Shown here piece by piece: positions 22,061-35,703 of a DNA stretch of 64,000 nt. The position numbers and the translations under genes are program-made. A model generated the notes under the pieces. It did not search any database, had not been told where the DNA came from, and worked only from the letters and a program-made list of their open reading frames with translations. This stretch comes from Nemertoderma westbladi (lineage: Eukaryota > Animalia > Xenacoelomorpha): positions 1-64,000 of the forward strand of contig JAUCBJ010004059.1 in the NCBI GenBank assembly GCA_032718475.1, written 5' to 3'. Every line of letters starts with the position of its first letter. Position 1 is the stretch's first letter.

Positions 22061-23380
22061 TATTTTTTTGTTATTTTTTTTTAATTTTCTGCTTTATTTT
22101 TATTCTTTGTTTTTGTTTTTTATTATTATTTTGATCGTTATTTTTGTTCCCCGTTTTTATTTTTATTATTTCTGACTTTATTTTAATTATTTTTTATTCC
22201 TTATTTTTATTCTTTATTTTATTTATTTTTTATTCATAACTTTTGTTCTTTATTTTTATTCATTATTTTTATTCTATATTTTTTGTTCTTTATTTTTGTT
22301 CTTTCTTACTATTCTTTATTTTTATTCATTATTTTTGTTCTTTATTTTTATTCTTTATTTTGGTTTTTTATTTTTATTCTTTATTTTTTTATTTTTATTT
22401 TTGTTATTCTTTATTTTTGTTTTTTATTATTATTTTGATCGTTATTTTTGTTCCCCGTTTTTATTTTTATTATTTCTGACTTTATTTTAATTATTTTTTA
22501 TTCCTTATTTTTATTCTTTATTTTATTTATTTTTTATTCATAACTTTTGTTCTTTATTTTTATTCATTATTTTTATTCTATATTTTTTGTTCTTTATTTT
22601 TGTTCTTTCTTACTATTCTTTATTTTTATTCATTATTTTTGTTCTTTATTTTTATTCTTTATTTTGGTTTTTTATTTTTATTCTTTATTTTTTTATTTTT
22701 ATTTTTGTTATTCTTTATTTTTGTTTTTTATTCTTTATCTTTATTTGTATCTTTATTTTCTTCTTTTTCTTCTTTATTTTTACTCTGTTTTTGTTTTTGA
22801 TTTTGTTCTTTATTTTTATTCTTTATTTTTTATTTTAGTTCTTTTTTTGTTATTTATTTTTTATTTATTTAAATTCTTTAATTTGATTCTTTATTTTTAT
22901 TTTTGTTTTTTGTTTTTATTTTATTCTTTATTTTTTCCCCTTTTTAATTTTGTTCTTTATGTTTGTTCTTTATTTTTTTTTTATTTTTGCTCTTTATTTT
23001 TATTCTTTATTTTTGTTTTTTTATTTTTGTTCTTTATTTTTTATTTATTTAAATTCTTTAATTTGATTCTTTATTTTTATTTTTATTTTTGTTTTTTATT
23101 TTTATTTTATTCTTTATGTTTTCCCCTTTTTAATTTTGTTCTTTATGTTTGTTCTTTATTTTTTTTTATTTTTGCTCTTTATTTTTATTCTTTATTTTTG
23201 TTTTTTTATTTTTGTTCTTTATTTTTTTATTTTTGCTCTTCATTTTTATTCTTTATTTTTGTTTTTTTATCTTTATCTTTATTTTTGTTCTTTATTGTTG
23301 TTCTTTATTGTTGTTCTTATTGTTATTCTTTAATTTTGTTCTTTATTGTTGTTATTTATTATAACAATTACAATTTACTC
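22058..23380. repeat. T-rich low-complexity tract with internal duplications
   Basis: TTTTTATTCTTTA-like units; a block of about 300 bp is duplicated near 22125 and 22430. Confidence 0.9.
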
Positions 23381-23682
23381 AAGTTTCGATAAAATAATAT
23401 GCGTCTGCGACTGCGCCCCTTGAATTTTTTGGGTTTTCTTTTGGATATAAATATTCTTATTACACAGTTGCATATTTTCTATATTCAATAATATAATTGA
23501 TATTACACTAGTTTATTTATTGAACTAATCTAAAAATATATTTTATTGCAGGTCATCGCATATGCGACAGGGGGTTAAATAGCCATCCATCTCTTCCATT
23601 ATTATTGTCTCTTCCTTTACGACACTTATGACAATCCACATTCCACAATCAAGTAGGCCTACTTAGAAAAAAAATCCTGGTT

Positions 23683-24090
23683 CTGCTATGGATACTTAAA
23701 GATCAATAATATTTGATAACCGTTAATTCGTTTACGGATACTTATCAACCACAAACAATCTCAAACAATGGATGCTTGAAGACAAACAATCTCACCACCG
23801 CTATGGATGCTTGGAGACAAACAATCTCAGCACCGCAATGGATGCTTGGAGACAAACAATCTCAGCACCGCTATGGATGCTTGGAGGCAAACAATCTCAC
23901 CACTGCTATGGATACTTAAAGATCAATAATATTTGATAACCGTTAATTCGTTTACGGATACTTATCAACCACAAACAATCTCAAACAATGGATGCTTGGA
24001 GGCAAACAATCTCAGCACCGCTATGGATGCTTGAAGACAAACAATCTCACCACCACTATGGATGCTTGAAGACAAACAATCTCACCACCG
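23683..24090. repeat. Left part of the 35-bp minisatellite, including a 220-bp duplication
   Basis: Same unit as 28008-30991; CTGCTATGGATACTTAAAGATC occurs at 23683 and 23903. Confidence 0.85.
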
Positions 24091-24619
24091 CACAGTGGGT
24101 CAGAAACCCTGTTTTGTGGCCAAAATTAAATATTTCTAAAAATATTCATAGTTTGGGCACTATTTTTCACCTATAAGGGTTTTCGATAGCGGCGAATCTT
24201 CTGAGATGGGTCACAAATACTCAGAGGGTACCCTTGTGCCATTTCTGGCACGTGCCAAAATTGGCATATTTGGCAAACACAATAAGCACAGACAGAATGG
24301 CGCATATTTCAGTTTCATGAGGTTTAACAGGGGACTGAAGCGTTGAAAAATGGTTTCAAATTCTCTAGTTGCAAATAAGTGCCACTTTTTAGCATGTGGC
24401 ACATATGTTTAGCATGGCACAAAATATCAAAGTCACTAAAGTTTCATAGAAGTATGCCATTTTCGATTTTTATAGGTTTTCAAAGGTGCTGATTCGATTG
24501 CAAATGGTTTTGAATTTTCCACTGGCACAGAAGTGACACGTTTTAGCATGTGGCACATGGCACGTACGTTTAGAATCGCACAAAATATCAAAATTGGAAG
24601 GTCTTCCTGCATACTTTGT

Positions 24620-25175
24620 TCAGCTGAAGTGCATCTCCAGCTTTAAGCCAGAACTTGACTGTTTGTAACTACTTTGTCCAGTACTTCCATCAAAACCAGC
24701 TTTGGAGTGTAAAACTAAGCGGGATATTGTCTCTCTCGAATTTAAAACCACCGTACTAGACTCGCAAGTTCTTGCTACTGTATGGTTTAATAGATTCTGT
24801 AATGATACAGATGCACTGTAATCAGTGACACTTATGCCTAAAGGGTAACAATCATTTTTTGCTAATTTTATATGATGGTAAGGGGGATATAAGTTTGCAT
24901 TGTTACCTAAAGCATGTGCACGAAGAAGTTGATATGTTGCTTTGGTAAGTCGAGCATCTAGAAAAATTGCCAAAGCACTATTGATAGCCGTGAATTCGCC
25001 GTGATTTATTCCATATTCTTTTATAAATAATTAAAAATGACTGTCTCAAAAAGACTATTTCTGATTCTGGAGCGAGAGGGAATGCTGTTGAAACAAACTG
25101 GCAAATTGCCTCTATATTGTCGGTCTTTCCTTCCAGATCAGAACGAATGAATTTGTGCAAATCAAGGTGTAACAT
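24620..25175 (-). pseudogene. Transib (RAG1-core-related) transposase fragments
   Basis: ALAIFLDARLTKATYQLLR...LYPPYHHIKLAKNDCYP...SLQNLLNHT...KAGFDGSTGQSSYKQ includes the first catalytic Asp. The rest of the DDE domain is missing. Confidence 0.88.
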
Positions 25176-25538
25176 AACTTATTATTAGTATTGTCGATCA
25201 CCTCTTAAGAATTTAAAATATCAATTAAATTCTGATTGAACCAGAATATAATCTTAAAATCAAATGCAGTTTGTGCCTTTGTGTATTATAACTATACTAT
25301 ATTCAACTATAATGTTTGTTCTATAAATGATATATTCACAGAATGTTGTGGTTTATATACCACTGAAACTGAAACAATCACTGCATACCTCAGTCAGCTG
25401 ATTTATGATAGCTTTGAAGAACATATTAACTGGTTGACCAATAATAACGAAGCAAATTATACAATGCAAAGTGGCTAGTGGTATTGTACCACTAAATACA
25501 GGAGTGTATGCTAGGCACTAATTTTATACAGGAGAGAA

Positions 25539-27373
25539 TTTTTTTTTTTTTTTTTTAATTATTTCAATTACAAGTAAAATAAACATTAACAGAACAAGCA
25601 GCATAATGAATTAATTAATGTCAACAAATTGTAGGTAATTAATAATTATTGTTGAAACTATTTAACGCAATCCCAGCCTCGGCTACAGCCGCGCTCACGC
25701 CGGTCTCCCGCATCGTCTGTCTCGTTGCCAGCCTAGCCTTCGGCTTGCGTGCGCCCCGGAGGCACATGATGGAGGAACGGAGGAGGGCGAAACTCAACCG
25801 AGTCCTGATGAGGGAGAGAGTCTGCGAGTAGGGAGCATCCCGTTTCGCCGACAGTAGGAGCGCAATGCGTGTGAGGAGCGCGTGGGCTGAGCGGCTGGCC
25901 CCACCAGTTGTAGCAATTACAAAAGGCGAGAAGCCGGCGTGCTCGACGTCATTGATTCTCTCCTCGTACTTCCTCCGTTTCTCTCGCTCATGTTTGCTGT
26001 AAGCAGCATCCATGGAGCGAGGATTGGAGGAGCACAGAGGGTTGAATACCTTGACGTCGATATACACCCGCTCGAAGCGCCCACCCCACAGCCCACTCGC
26101 CGCAACGTCCAGACGGGCCTCCGGGTCTACCGTAGCAGATCTCAGGCGGAAGGACTCGCCCTCGATCGGCTGGAGATGGGGTTCCACCTCGACATCGTGT
26201 GCGACCTCGCTGAGGAGCTCGGCGAGGAAATCGCGGACCTCGTTGTGCCGCAGGATCGGGTAGGCTCCCATAGGGCAGTGAAGGGAGTGGGAGATGGTGA
26301 ATACAGCACCGCAGGAGCAGTTGGCGGGCAGCCTCGGGGGCTCCCACCCAAATCGCAGACACAACGCATCCCGGAAAGCGGATTTGTGTAGGGAAAAGTT
26401 GTATCTGGAAATGGGTAGGGCCGAGAGCCATGCCGACGCTCCACGCTCCTTCGCCAGTGTCCGATGGTAGAGGGCGTCTCCGGACAGTTGAGCATCAACC
26501 GCCGCACATCGAGACTTCACAGCCTCATCCTGCTCCTTGCGGATCTCACGCAGGATGGTCTGCTGTGTTGTACGAGCGGCTGGGTCCGAATACCGTAGGG
26601 GCTCGCACAGTCGCAACGACTTCTCGTAGCTTTCCACCTCATCCTGAGGTTGATTTATTGCTAGCCCCCCCTCCCTCACAGGGAGTGCCAGCAGCTGTCG
26701 TTCCGAAAGGCCGGGTGGGTATCTGCCAGTGAGTGTCGGGATGACTGTGCTGGAGAGCGTTTCCTCAACTCGATCCAAGTGACCGACTAACCCGGGTGTG
26801 GTGCGAGCCAAGAAGTTACCCTTCGGCTGTAAGCCACGGACCAGGCATCCGTACGTGGGGTGGGGAGCAGTCACTGCGAAATCGTTGAGGTGTTTTAGTT
26901 GGCGACAGATGACGTCAACTCGCTTCTCCAGATACCCAGCACAGTAGGATGTGGACCCTATTACGGACCCCAGGACTCGATGACCATCGACCACTTCAAC
27001 CGGGAGGCCAGAGAAAATCGCATTGGCCTCTTCGCGCTTTGAGTTCTTCACAATAAGAAATGCCTTTGTGGGGTAATATCCATAGCCAGGCCCGATGGTA
27101 GCCGCTTCCTCCCAATAGTCACGTAGCATTCCGAGGTTACCAGTAGCGCTGCCATCATCCGCATACCACTTGTGGATACCCGGAAAGGTCATCGGATCCG
27201 ATGAAACCGCCTCTCGGACTAGGTAAACCCCTGGTTGGGTGGAGGAGACCGCCGGTTGTAGGGAGGAAGCCGCCGGTTGTGGTTGTAGGGGGGAACCTGC
27301 CGGTTGGAGGGGGGAATCCGCCGGTTGGAGGGGGGAACCCACCTGTTGGAATTTGGAACCCACAAACAAGGTT
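25539..27373 (-). mobile_element. CRE-like non-LTR retrotransposon (RT C-terminus, CCHC zinc finger, restriction-like endonuclease) nested in the Transib
   Basis: WYADD, LPVREGGL, CSCG..H...C, RHNEVRD, RLDV..YIDVKVFNP..EKRRKY; poly(A) at 25539-25556; flanking GGAGAGAA at 25531-25538 and 27374-27381. Confidence 0.88.
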
Positions 27374-28007
27374 GGAGAGAAAATACCTTTCCACTGAGAG
27401 AGCGTATTAGAGATACAGCCTATAATTGACAGATTTACAGTGAAATCCTTACATTTAGCTATTGATACCAATATTTGGATGTCAGTTATTGGCGTTCTGG
27501 GCAAATTGGGGCAACCCAGTTTTGTCATAATTTTGTTGTATATATGCTGGTCTTTCATTTGAATGGGAGCTTGAGGCGTAGCAAGGCCTAGCAAAAAAAA
27601 TTTTGATCCCGAAAGTCCTGGAACATATTTTTTTAAAGATATTTTTCAGGTTTTAAAGAATATCACTTTTAGTATATATTTGCAATTAAAATAGTACATA
27701 TTTGATATGAAATATGAATCCGGCATAGTCTTGGCAACAATTAAAAACAAAAATTTTGAAATTTATCAAAAATTGACTGATTTATCCAATTTTTAATATT
27801 TTTCCCAATTTGGCGTGAAAATTTCATTTTTTAATTCAAATTTGAAATTTTGTGTTTGTCGAGCTAGATTTTCTTCCCAGACATGAAAATTTTGAAAGAA
27901 AGTATGTTTTTCGAGGTTTTCAGGTATGGTAAATCGAATGGTGGCATTGAAAAAAGTTTTTGAGCACATCGGTTTTTGCCTATTTTGGCCGCTTTTGACC
28001 CAATGTG

Positions 28008-30991
28008 CACCGCTATGGATGCTTGGAGACAAACAATCTCACCCCTGCTATGGATGCTTGGAGACAAACAATCTCACCACCGCTATGGATGCTTGGAGAC
28101 AAACAATCTCACCACCGCTATGGATGCTTGGAGACAAACAATCTCAGCACCGCTATGGATGCTTGAAGACAAACAATCTCAGCACCGCTATGGATGCTTG
28201 GAGACAAACAATCTCAGCACCGCTATGGATGCTTGGAGACAAACAATCTCACCACCGCCATGGATGCTTGGAGACAAACAATCTCAGCACCGCTATGGAT
28301 GCTTGGAGACAAACAATCTCAGCACCGCTATGGATGCTTGAAGACAAACAATCTCAGCACCGCTATGGATGCTTGGAGACAAACAATCTCAGCACCGCTA
28401 TGGATGCTTGGAGACAAACAATCTCACCACCGCTATGGATGCTTGAAGACAAACAATCTCAGCACCGCTATGGATGCTTGAAGACAAACAATCTCAGCAC
28501 CGCTATGGATGCTTGGAGACAAACAATCTCAGCACCGCTATGGATGCTTGGAGACAAACAATCTCACCACCGCTATGGATGCTTGGAGACAAACAATCTC
28601 AGCACCGCTATGGATGCTTGGAGACAAACAATCTCACCACCGCTATGGATGCTTGGAGACAAACAATCTCAGCACCGCTATGGATGCTTGAAGACAAACA
28701 ATCTCAGCACCGCTATGGATGCTTAGAGACAAAAAATCTCACCACCGCTATGGATGCTTGGAGACAAACAATCTCAGCACCGCAATGGATGCTTGGAGAC
28801 AAACAATCTCAGCACCGCAATGGATGCTTGGAGACAAACAATCTCAGCACCGCTATGGATGCTTGAAGACAAACAATCTCACCACCGCTATGGATGCTTG
28901 GAGACAAACAATCTCACCACTGCTATGGATGCTTGGAGACAAACAATCTCAGCACCGCTATGGATGCTTGAAGGCAAACAATCTCACCACCGCTATGGAT
29001 GCTTGGAGACAAACAATCTCACCACTGCTATGGATGCTTGGAGACAAACTCAGCACCGCTATGGATGCTTGGAGACAAACAATCTCAGCACCGCTATGGA
29101 TGCTTGGAGACAAACAATCTCACCACCGCTATGGATGCTTGGAGACAAACAATCTCAGCACCGCTATGGATGCTTGGAGACAAACAATCTCAGCACCGCT
29201 ATGGATGCTTGGAGACAAACAATCTCACCACCGCCATGGATGCTTGAAGGCAAACAATCTCACCACCGCTATGGATGCTTGGAGACAAACAATCTCACCA
29301 CTGCTATGGATGCTTGGAGACAAACTCAGCACCGCTATGGATGCTTGGAGACAAACAATCTCAGCACCGCTATGGATGCTTGGAGACAAACAATCTCACC
29401 ACCGCTATGGATGCTTGGAGACAAACAATCTCAGCACCGCTATGGATGCTTGGAGACAAACAATCTCAGCACCGCTATGGATGCTTGGAGACAAACAATC
29501 TCACCACCGCTATGGATGCTTGGAGACAAACAATCTCAGCACCGCTATGGATGCTTGGAGACAAACAATCTCAGCACCGCTATGGATGCTTGGAGACAAA
29601 CAATCTCACCACCGCCATGGATGCTTGGAGACAAACAATCTCACCACCGCCATGGATGCTTGGAGACAAACAATCTCAGCACCGCTATGGATGCTTGGAG
29701 ACAAACTCAGCACCGCTATGGATGCTTGGAGACAAACAATCTCACCACTGCTATGGATGCTTGGAGACAAACTCAGCACCGCTATGGATGCTTGGAGACA
29801 AACAATCTCAGCACCGCTATGGATGCTTGGAGACAAACAATCTCACCACCGCTATGGATGCTTGGAGACAAACAATCTCAGCACCGCTATGGATGCTTGG
29901 AGACAAACAATCTCACCACCGCTATGGATGCTTGGAGACAAACAATCTCACCACCGCTATGGATGCTTGGAGACAAACAATCTCACCACCGCTATGGATG
30001 CTTGGAGACAAACTCAGCACCGCTATGGATGCTTGGAGACAAACAATCTCAGCACCGCTATGGATGCTTGGAGACTAACAATCTCAGCACCGCTATGGAT
30101 GCTTGGAGACAAACAATCTCAGCACCGCTATGGATGCTTGGACACAAACAATCTCAGCACCGCTATGGATGCTTGGAGACAAACAATCTCAGCACCGCTA
30201 TGGATGCTTGGAGACAAACAATCTCACCACCGCTATGGATGCTTGGAGACAAACAATCTCACCACCGCTATGGATGCTTGGAGACAAACAATCTCACCAC
30301 TGCTATGAATGCTTGGAGACAAACAATCTCACCACTGCTATGGATGCTTGGAGACAAACTCCGCACCGCTATGGATGCTTGGAGACAAACAATCTCAGCA
30401 CCGCAATGGATGCTTGGAGACAAACAATCTCAGCACCGCAATGGATGCTTGGAGACAAACAATCTCAGCACCGCTATGGATGCTTGAAGACAAACAATCT
30501 CACCACCGCTATGGATGCTTGGAGACAAACAATCTCACCACTGCTATGGATGCTTGGAGACAAACAATCTCAGCACCGCTATGGATGCTTGAAGGCAAAC
30601 AATCTCACCACCGCTATGGATGCTTGGAGACAAACAATCTCACCACTGCTATGGATGCTTGGAGACAAACTCAGCACCGCTATGGATGCTTGGAGACAAA
30701 CAATCTCAGCACCGCTATGGATGCTTGAAGACAAACAATCTCACCACCGCTACGGATGCTTGGAGACAAACAATCTCAGCACCGCTATGGATGCTTGGAC
30801 ACAAACAATCTCAGCACCGCTATGGATGCTTGGACACAAACAATCTCAGCACCGCTATGGATGCTTGAAGACAAACAATCTCACCACTGCTATGGATGCT
30901 TGGAGACAAACAATCTCACCACCGCTATGGATGCTTGGAGACAAACAATCTCAGCACCGCTATGGATGCTTGGAGACAAACAATCTCAGCA
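28008..30991. repeat. 35-bp minisatellite, about 85 copies, some 31-bp variants
   Basis: Unit CACCGCTATGGATGCTTGGAGACAAACAATCTCAG/C. Confidence 0.95.
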
Positions 30992-32030
30992 CTTTTGAAT
31001 TAGTGGAACAATCGCGAGCTTGAAATTTTTTATTTAAGTAATTATTGAATCCATTATAAATAATGTGGCGTTTTAGCACCCGTTGGTCTGATAAAGCAGT
31101 CAATAAACGAATTATTATGCACACGCAAAATTAAGTAAAATTATTTATATGTATAAAAAATAAGATGAAAATAAAAAAAATAAAAATTGGTTTGACAGCA
31201 ATTGACCATACAGTATTTAAGACAACAAATGACAATATTATATTGTAATTATATGATAAATAGATTACGACCTTAGCGGATTAAGGCAATTAAGTAAGAA
31301 ACAAATGTTAACGAGTTTAAAAAATGTTTCCATAAAACTAGAAAGCCAGCAAGCTGGCTGGAAGGAGCCCGGGGGAAGAAGCCTATTTACAAGACTATTA
31401 CGAATAAACCTTTCGGTCAGCAGTAAGTAAACTAAACAATTGTCTAAACTATAAGGCGTGGGGCTAGCTGACTTTGTGGCTCGTCCCACAGAATAAAAAA
31501 TGAAACTTTGCTATGACAACGGGGAATATGAGATATTGTTAGTACACACCCCACCCGGGGGGGCCACCCCCCAAACGAAGATGACTCCCGTACACCTACT
31601 GCTGTACTGTATGATAATAATGTTTTAAATAATCAATTCTGATCAAATGGGTTGAATAAGGCGTCGATTCAATATTAATTAACATATGAATCTAATTATT
31701 TTTCAGTCAGAAATAATGTATATGACTTAACTGTACTATGGACTTTCACTGCCTTCATGCTTGTGCTGACCCATTTCAATTCATTCCAATGTAAACCATT
31801 TCACAGTTTTTAAAGTAACTTGTATTGTAATGAGATATGGTACCGGTACCGCGTACCGTTACTGCTGTACTGTAAGACAATCGCAGAAATACAGTGTACT
31901 GTACAGAAATACTGTAATAGGCCGCTGATCATGCTGTCAGGTTAGGGTGCCTCCATACGATACCCTCCTGACCTCAGTAGGTAAGGTACCTACTGCAGTA
32001 CCGGTACCGGAGTATACTTGAATCGCAAAG

Positions 32031-32930
32031 ATGGATTCATCTGGGCCTATCAGCGAAGGCGATACCATATTAATTAGCAGAAACTCTTCCCCTTATCAAC
32101 TTTGTTTAACAAGTTTTCCTCACCAAGTTGCGGGTCACATATATGCCGGAGAGAAGAAAGCCGGTATTCTTAAGGATAAAACCGATTGTATTCTAAAGAT
32201 AGTACAGGAGTCCCCGAAAGGCCCCCGGGAGGTTGATTTCTATAAAAATCTACATTCCTCAGAAGGGAATTCAGTTCACGAAGCACTCAAGTCTTTCCTC
32301 TCTTGTTACCACGGAGTTATCGAAACACGACAACTGAAACTGTTGCGCCTCGAGGATATTACGTCTAGATTCTCTACTCCGAGTATCTTAGACGTTAAAG
32401 TCGGACGGATTACTTACGATCCTTACGCTGATGATGAGAAAATAGCTCGGGAGAGCAGCAAATCTCCGTTGCAACAAATCTACGGGTACCTGGTGCTAGG
32501 AATGAAGGTTTACGACCGCGCGAGTGGCGAATACAAACGGTACGATAAACGATATGGACGCAATCTAGCTGAGGATAAAGTAGTTGAGGCCTTTCGCGAG
32601 TTTCTAAGAGGAAGCGACCAGCCGGAACTAACATTGGAGCGGTTTATAAATTCCTTGCTTTACATCGAGGCGTGGTTCGAAGGACAGAAAATGTTCCATT
32701 TCTTTTCCTCTTCGCTGCTTTTCGTTTATGATAATACCCCCGGTCGGATTTTATGCTGCCATCCATCGACCAATCACAGCCCCGTCTCCACGGCAACAAC
32801 AGACGTTAGACTCATCGATTTCTGCCACGCTTTCGATGCGACTAATAAAGATAAGAATTTTATCCACGGGTTGAAGAGTTTGATAGAAACACTTCGCAGA
32901 GTTTCTGACTTATTAAATAGGTCGGTTTGA
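32031..32930 (+). CDS. IPMK: Inositol polyphosphate multikinase, 299 aa, intronless CDS
   Basis: HQVAGH, REVDFY, LEDIT, PSILDVKVG (PxxxDxKxG), SSSLLFVYD and LIDFCH. Confidence 0.9.
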   Translation: MDSSGPISEGDTILISRNSSPYQLCLTSFPHQVAGHIYAGEKKAGILKDKTDCILKIVQESPKGPREVDFYKNLHSSEGNSVHEALKSFLSCYHGVIETRQLKLLRLEDITSRFSTPSILDVKVGRITYDPYADDEKIARESSKSPLQQIYGYLVLGMKVYDRASGEYKRYDKRYGRNLAEDKVVEAFREFLRGSDQPELTLERFINSLLYIEAWFEGQKMFHFFSSSLLFVYDNTPGRILCCHPSTNHSPVSTATTDVRLIDFCHAFDATNKDKNFIHGLKSLIETLRRVSDLLNRSV

Positions 32931-33497
32931 GATACCGTAAACTAATCATTCAAAGAGCATTCAATAAATACTGCAATCAAATAGGCTTTCGGGGGACCTA
33001 ATACGAAAACAATTAGCCGAATTAGGACAAAGCTTAATAATACTGAATCATATTTAACGCAATATTCTATAGCTATATTAGGTATATATCCCTTGTAATT
33101 ACTTAAAAAATCTCCACAGGAATCCCTGCCGAGTATATTTTTTTTTATTAACGATAACGTTGAGAAATTTAACGATGCCAAATTAAACTCACCTCAGTGG
33201 AAAATTAATTCCCGTACTCAGGAAAATGACCATATCTTAACTTAATATAAATATCCAATAAAATGTGAAGGAGCAAACTTAAATTTATCTGCGATGCTTA
33301 AGCAAAATCCCATTAGTGCTCTTAGCTTCCATGTCACCGCTCGCCGTCACCGCGTCATTCTTGGTGAGTTTTTAATTATTTGGAATTTTATATTCAGCAG
33401 AAATATTTGAATTTCTAATTTGTAGCATTGCAACTAAATTATATATACAGTACAGACGGAGATTTAGGGTATTAGTTGAACTTCTTTACTAACTATA

Positions 33498-34800
33498 ACC
33501 AACCTAACCATTGTAGTTTATATAGGGGACCAACCTAACTATTGTAGTTTATATAGGAGACCAACCTAACCATTGTAGTTTATATAGGGGACCAACCTAA
33601 TCATTGTAGTTTATATAGGGGACCAACCTAACCATTGTAGTTTATATAGGGGACCAACCTAACTATTGTAGTTTATATAGGGGACCAACCTAACCATTGT
33701 AGTTTATATAGGGGACCAACCTAACTATTGTAGTTTATATAGGGGACCAACCTAACTATTGTAGTTTATATAGGAGACCAACCTAACCATTGTAGTTTAT
33801 ATAGGGGACCAACCTAACCATTGTAGTTTATATAGGGGGCCAACCTAACCATTGTAGTTTATATAGGGGACCAACCTAACCATTGTAGTTTATAATTGGG
33901 ACCAACCTAACCATTGTAGTTTATATAGGGGACCAACCTAACCATTGTAGTTTATATAGGGGACCAACCTAACCATTGTAGTTTATATAGGGGGCCAACC
34001 TAACCATTGTAGTTTATATAGGGGACCAACCTAACCATTGTAGTTTATATAGGGGGCCAACCTAACCATTGTAGTTTATATAGGGGACCAACCTAACCAT
34101 TGTAGTTTATATAGGGGACCAACCTAACCATTGTAGTTTATATAGGGGACCAACCTAACCATTGTAGTTTATATAGGGGACCAACCTAACCATTGTAGTT
34201 TATATAGGGGGCCAACCTAACCATTGTAGTTTATATAGGGGACCAACCTAACTATTGTAGTTTATATAGGGGACCAACCTAACCATTGTAGTTTATATAG
34301 GGGACCAACCTAACCATTGTAGTTTATATTGGGGGCCAACCTAACCATTGTGGTTTATATAGGGGACCAACCTAACCATTGTAGTTTATATAGGGGACCA
34401 ACCTAACCATTGTAGTTTATATAGGGGACCAACCTAACCATTGTAGTTTATATAGGGGACCAACCTAACCATTGTAGTTTATATAGGGGACCAACCTAAC
34501 CATTGTAGTTTATATAGGGGGCCAACCTAACCATTGTAGTTTATATAGGGGACCAACCTAACCATTGTAGTTTATATCGGGGACCAACCTAACCATTGTA
34601 GTTTATATAGGGGACCAACCTAACTATTGTAGTTTATATAGGGGACCAACCTAACTATTGTAGTTTATATAGGGGACCAACCTAACTATTGTAGTTTATA
34701 TAGGGGACCAACCTAACTATTGTAGTTTATATAGGGGACCAACCTAACCATTGTAGTTTATATAGGGGACCAACCTAACCATTGTAGTTTATATAGGGGG
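33498..34800. repeat. 31-bp minisatellite, about 42 copies
   Basis: Unit ACCAACCTAACCATTGTAGTTTATATAGGGG. Confidence 0.95.
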
Positions 34801-35703
34801 TCCTAACGTAGTAAACATATTAAACTACATTTTGTCTCTATTTTTAAGTATTTAGATATTTTAACGTATACAAGGCATTATTTCAAAGGGTGTTTTGTAC
34901 ATAGTGCATGCGATTAATATTTGTAATTGTTAGGTAAAATTTGTGTGTTTTATAGGCCTAACTAACTTCTTACAATAATATGATTCGGCCAATATTATTC
35001 ATTGCATTGTAAATGTCTCGCATTTTTATTTTCAATATTAGTTATTCAGCAAACAATGTCAGTTCTCGTATACTACCGGTATTAGCCTACATTCAATTGC
35101 ATTTAAGTTTTAGGATTTCGAATTGATTTAATAAAATATGTTGCAATAATCTGTTATTTACCGTATGGTATATACTACCCACCCATACCAACCCAGTATC
35201 TGTGTAATAATAACATGAAGTAGATTATTTGTTTTAAGAGATAATTGGTAACTAATTCTGTGTCTTCCCTTTCACTGCAGTGTATATTATTAGTCGGTTT
35301 ATTTAACCTTTGTGTGCTCTCATATTAACTTCATCCTTTACTCACCTTGTATGTTGTTGATGTTTCTCACTGTGATTATTTAACCTTGTGTGCTCTCATA
35401 TTCGTCCTATCCCATTACTTACATTACATCACATTACTATGTAACTCGAAATATTTAACTTTTTTGTGTGCTTAGCTTACTTTAGATCTACTTAAATTTT
35501 TATTAGTCGTTTTGTAATATTTTCTTTATTAACCGTTTTGTTCATCATATTATTTTCTTTTTTGTCTTTAGAATTTTTGTTAATTTTTCAAATTATATGT
35601 TCAGAAGTGTCTGAAGCAGTTAAATGTAATTATGATGTTTTTAAGATTGCTCTAGCAAAATAAGGAATATATAGCAACATAGTTTAACACACAATAAATA
35701 AAT

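Larger units (their letters stand above)
24091..28007 (-). mobile_element. Transib DNA transposon, internally deleted, with 5-bp TSD CACCG
   Basis: Ends CACAGTGGGTCAGAA and TTTTGACCCAATGTG; CACCG at 24086-24090 and 28008-28012; transposase fragments inside. Confidence 0.92.

Noticed and set aside
22243-23392. F/Y/L-rich membrane-protein-like ORFs
   Set aside because: These are translations of a T-rich low-complexity tract.
25639-27594. 651-aa ORF as a single protein or a RAG2-like partner of the Transib
   Set aside because: It is a chance read-through from Transib sequence across the TSD into the CRE ORF. No kelch or PHD features are visible, and removing the insert gives an immediate stop.
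27926-31023. Long ORFs (up to 577 aa) in the 35-bp array
   Set aside because: They arise because the repeat unit lacks stops in all three plus frames; there is no gene structure.
33190-33300. Next SLC49A4 exon (IADKFK-like text and a GTGAGT donor on the minus strand)
   Set aside because: In-frame stops occur before the donor in the frames I tested.
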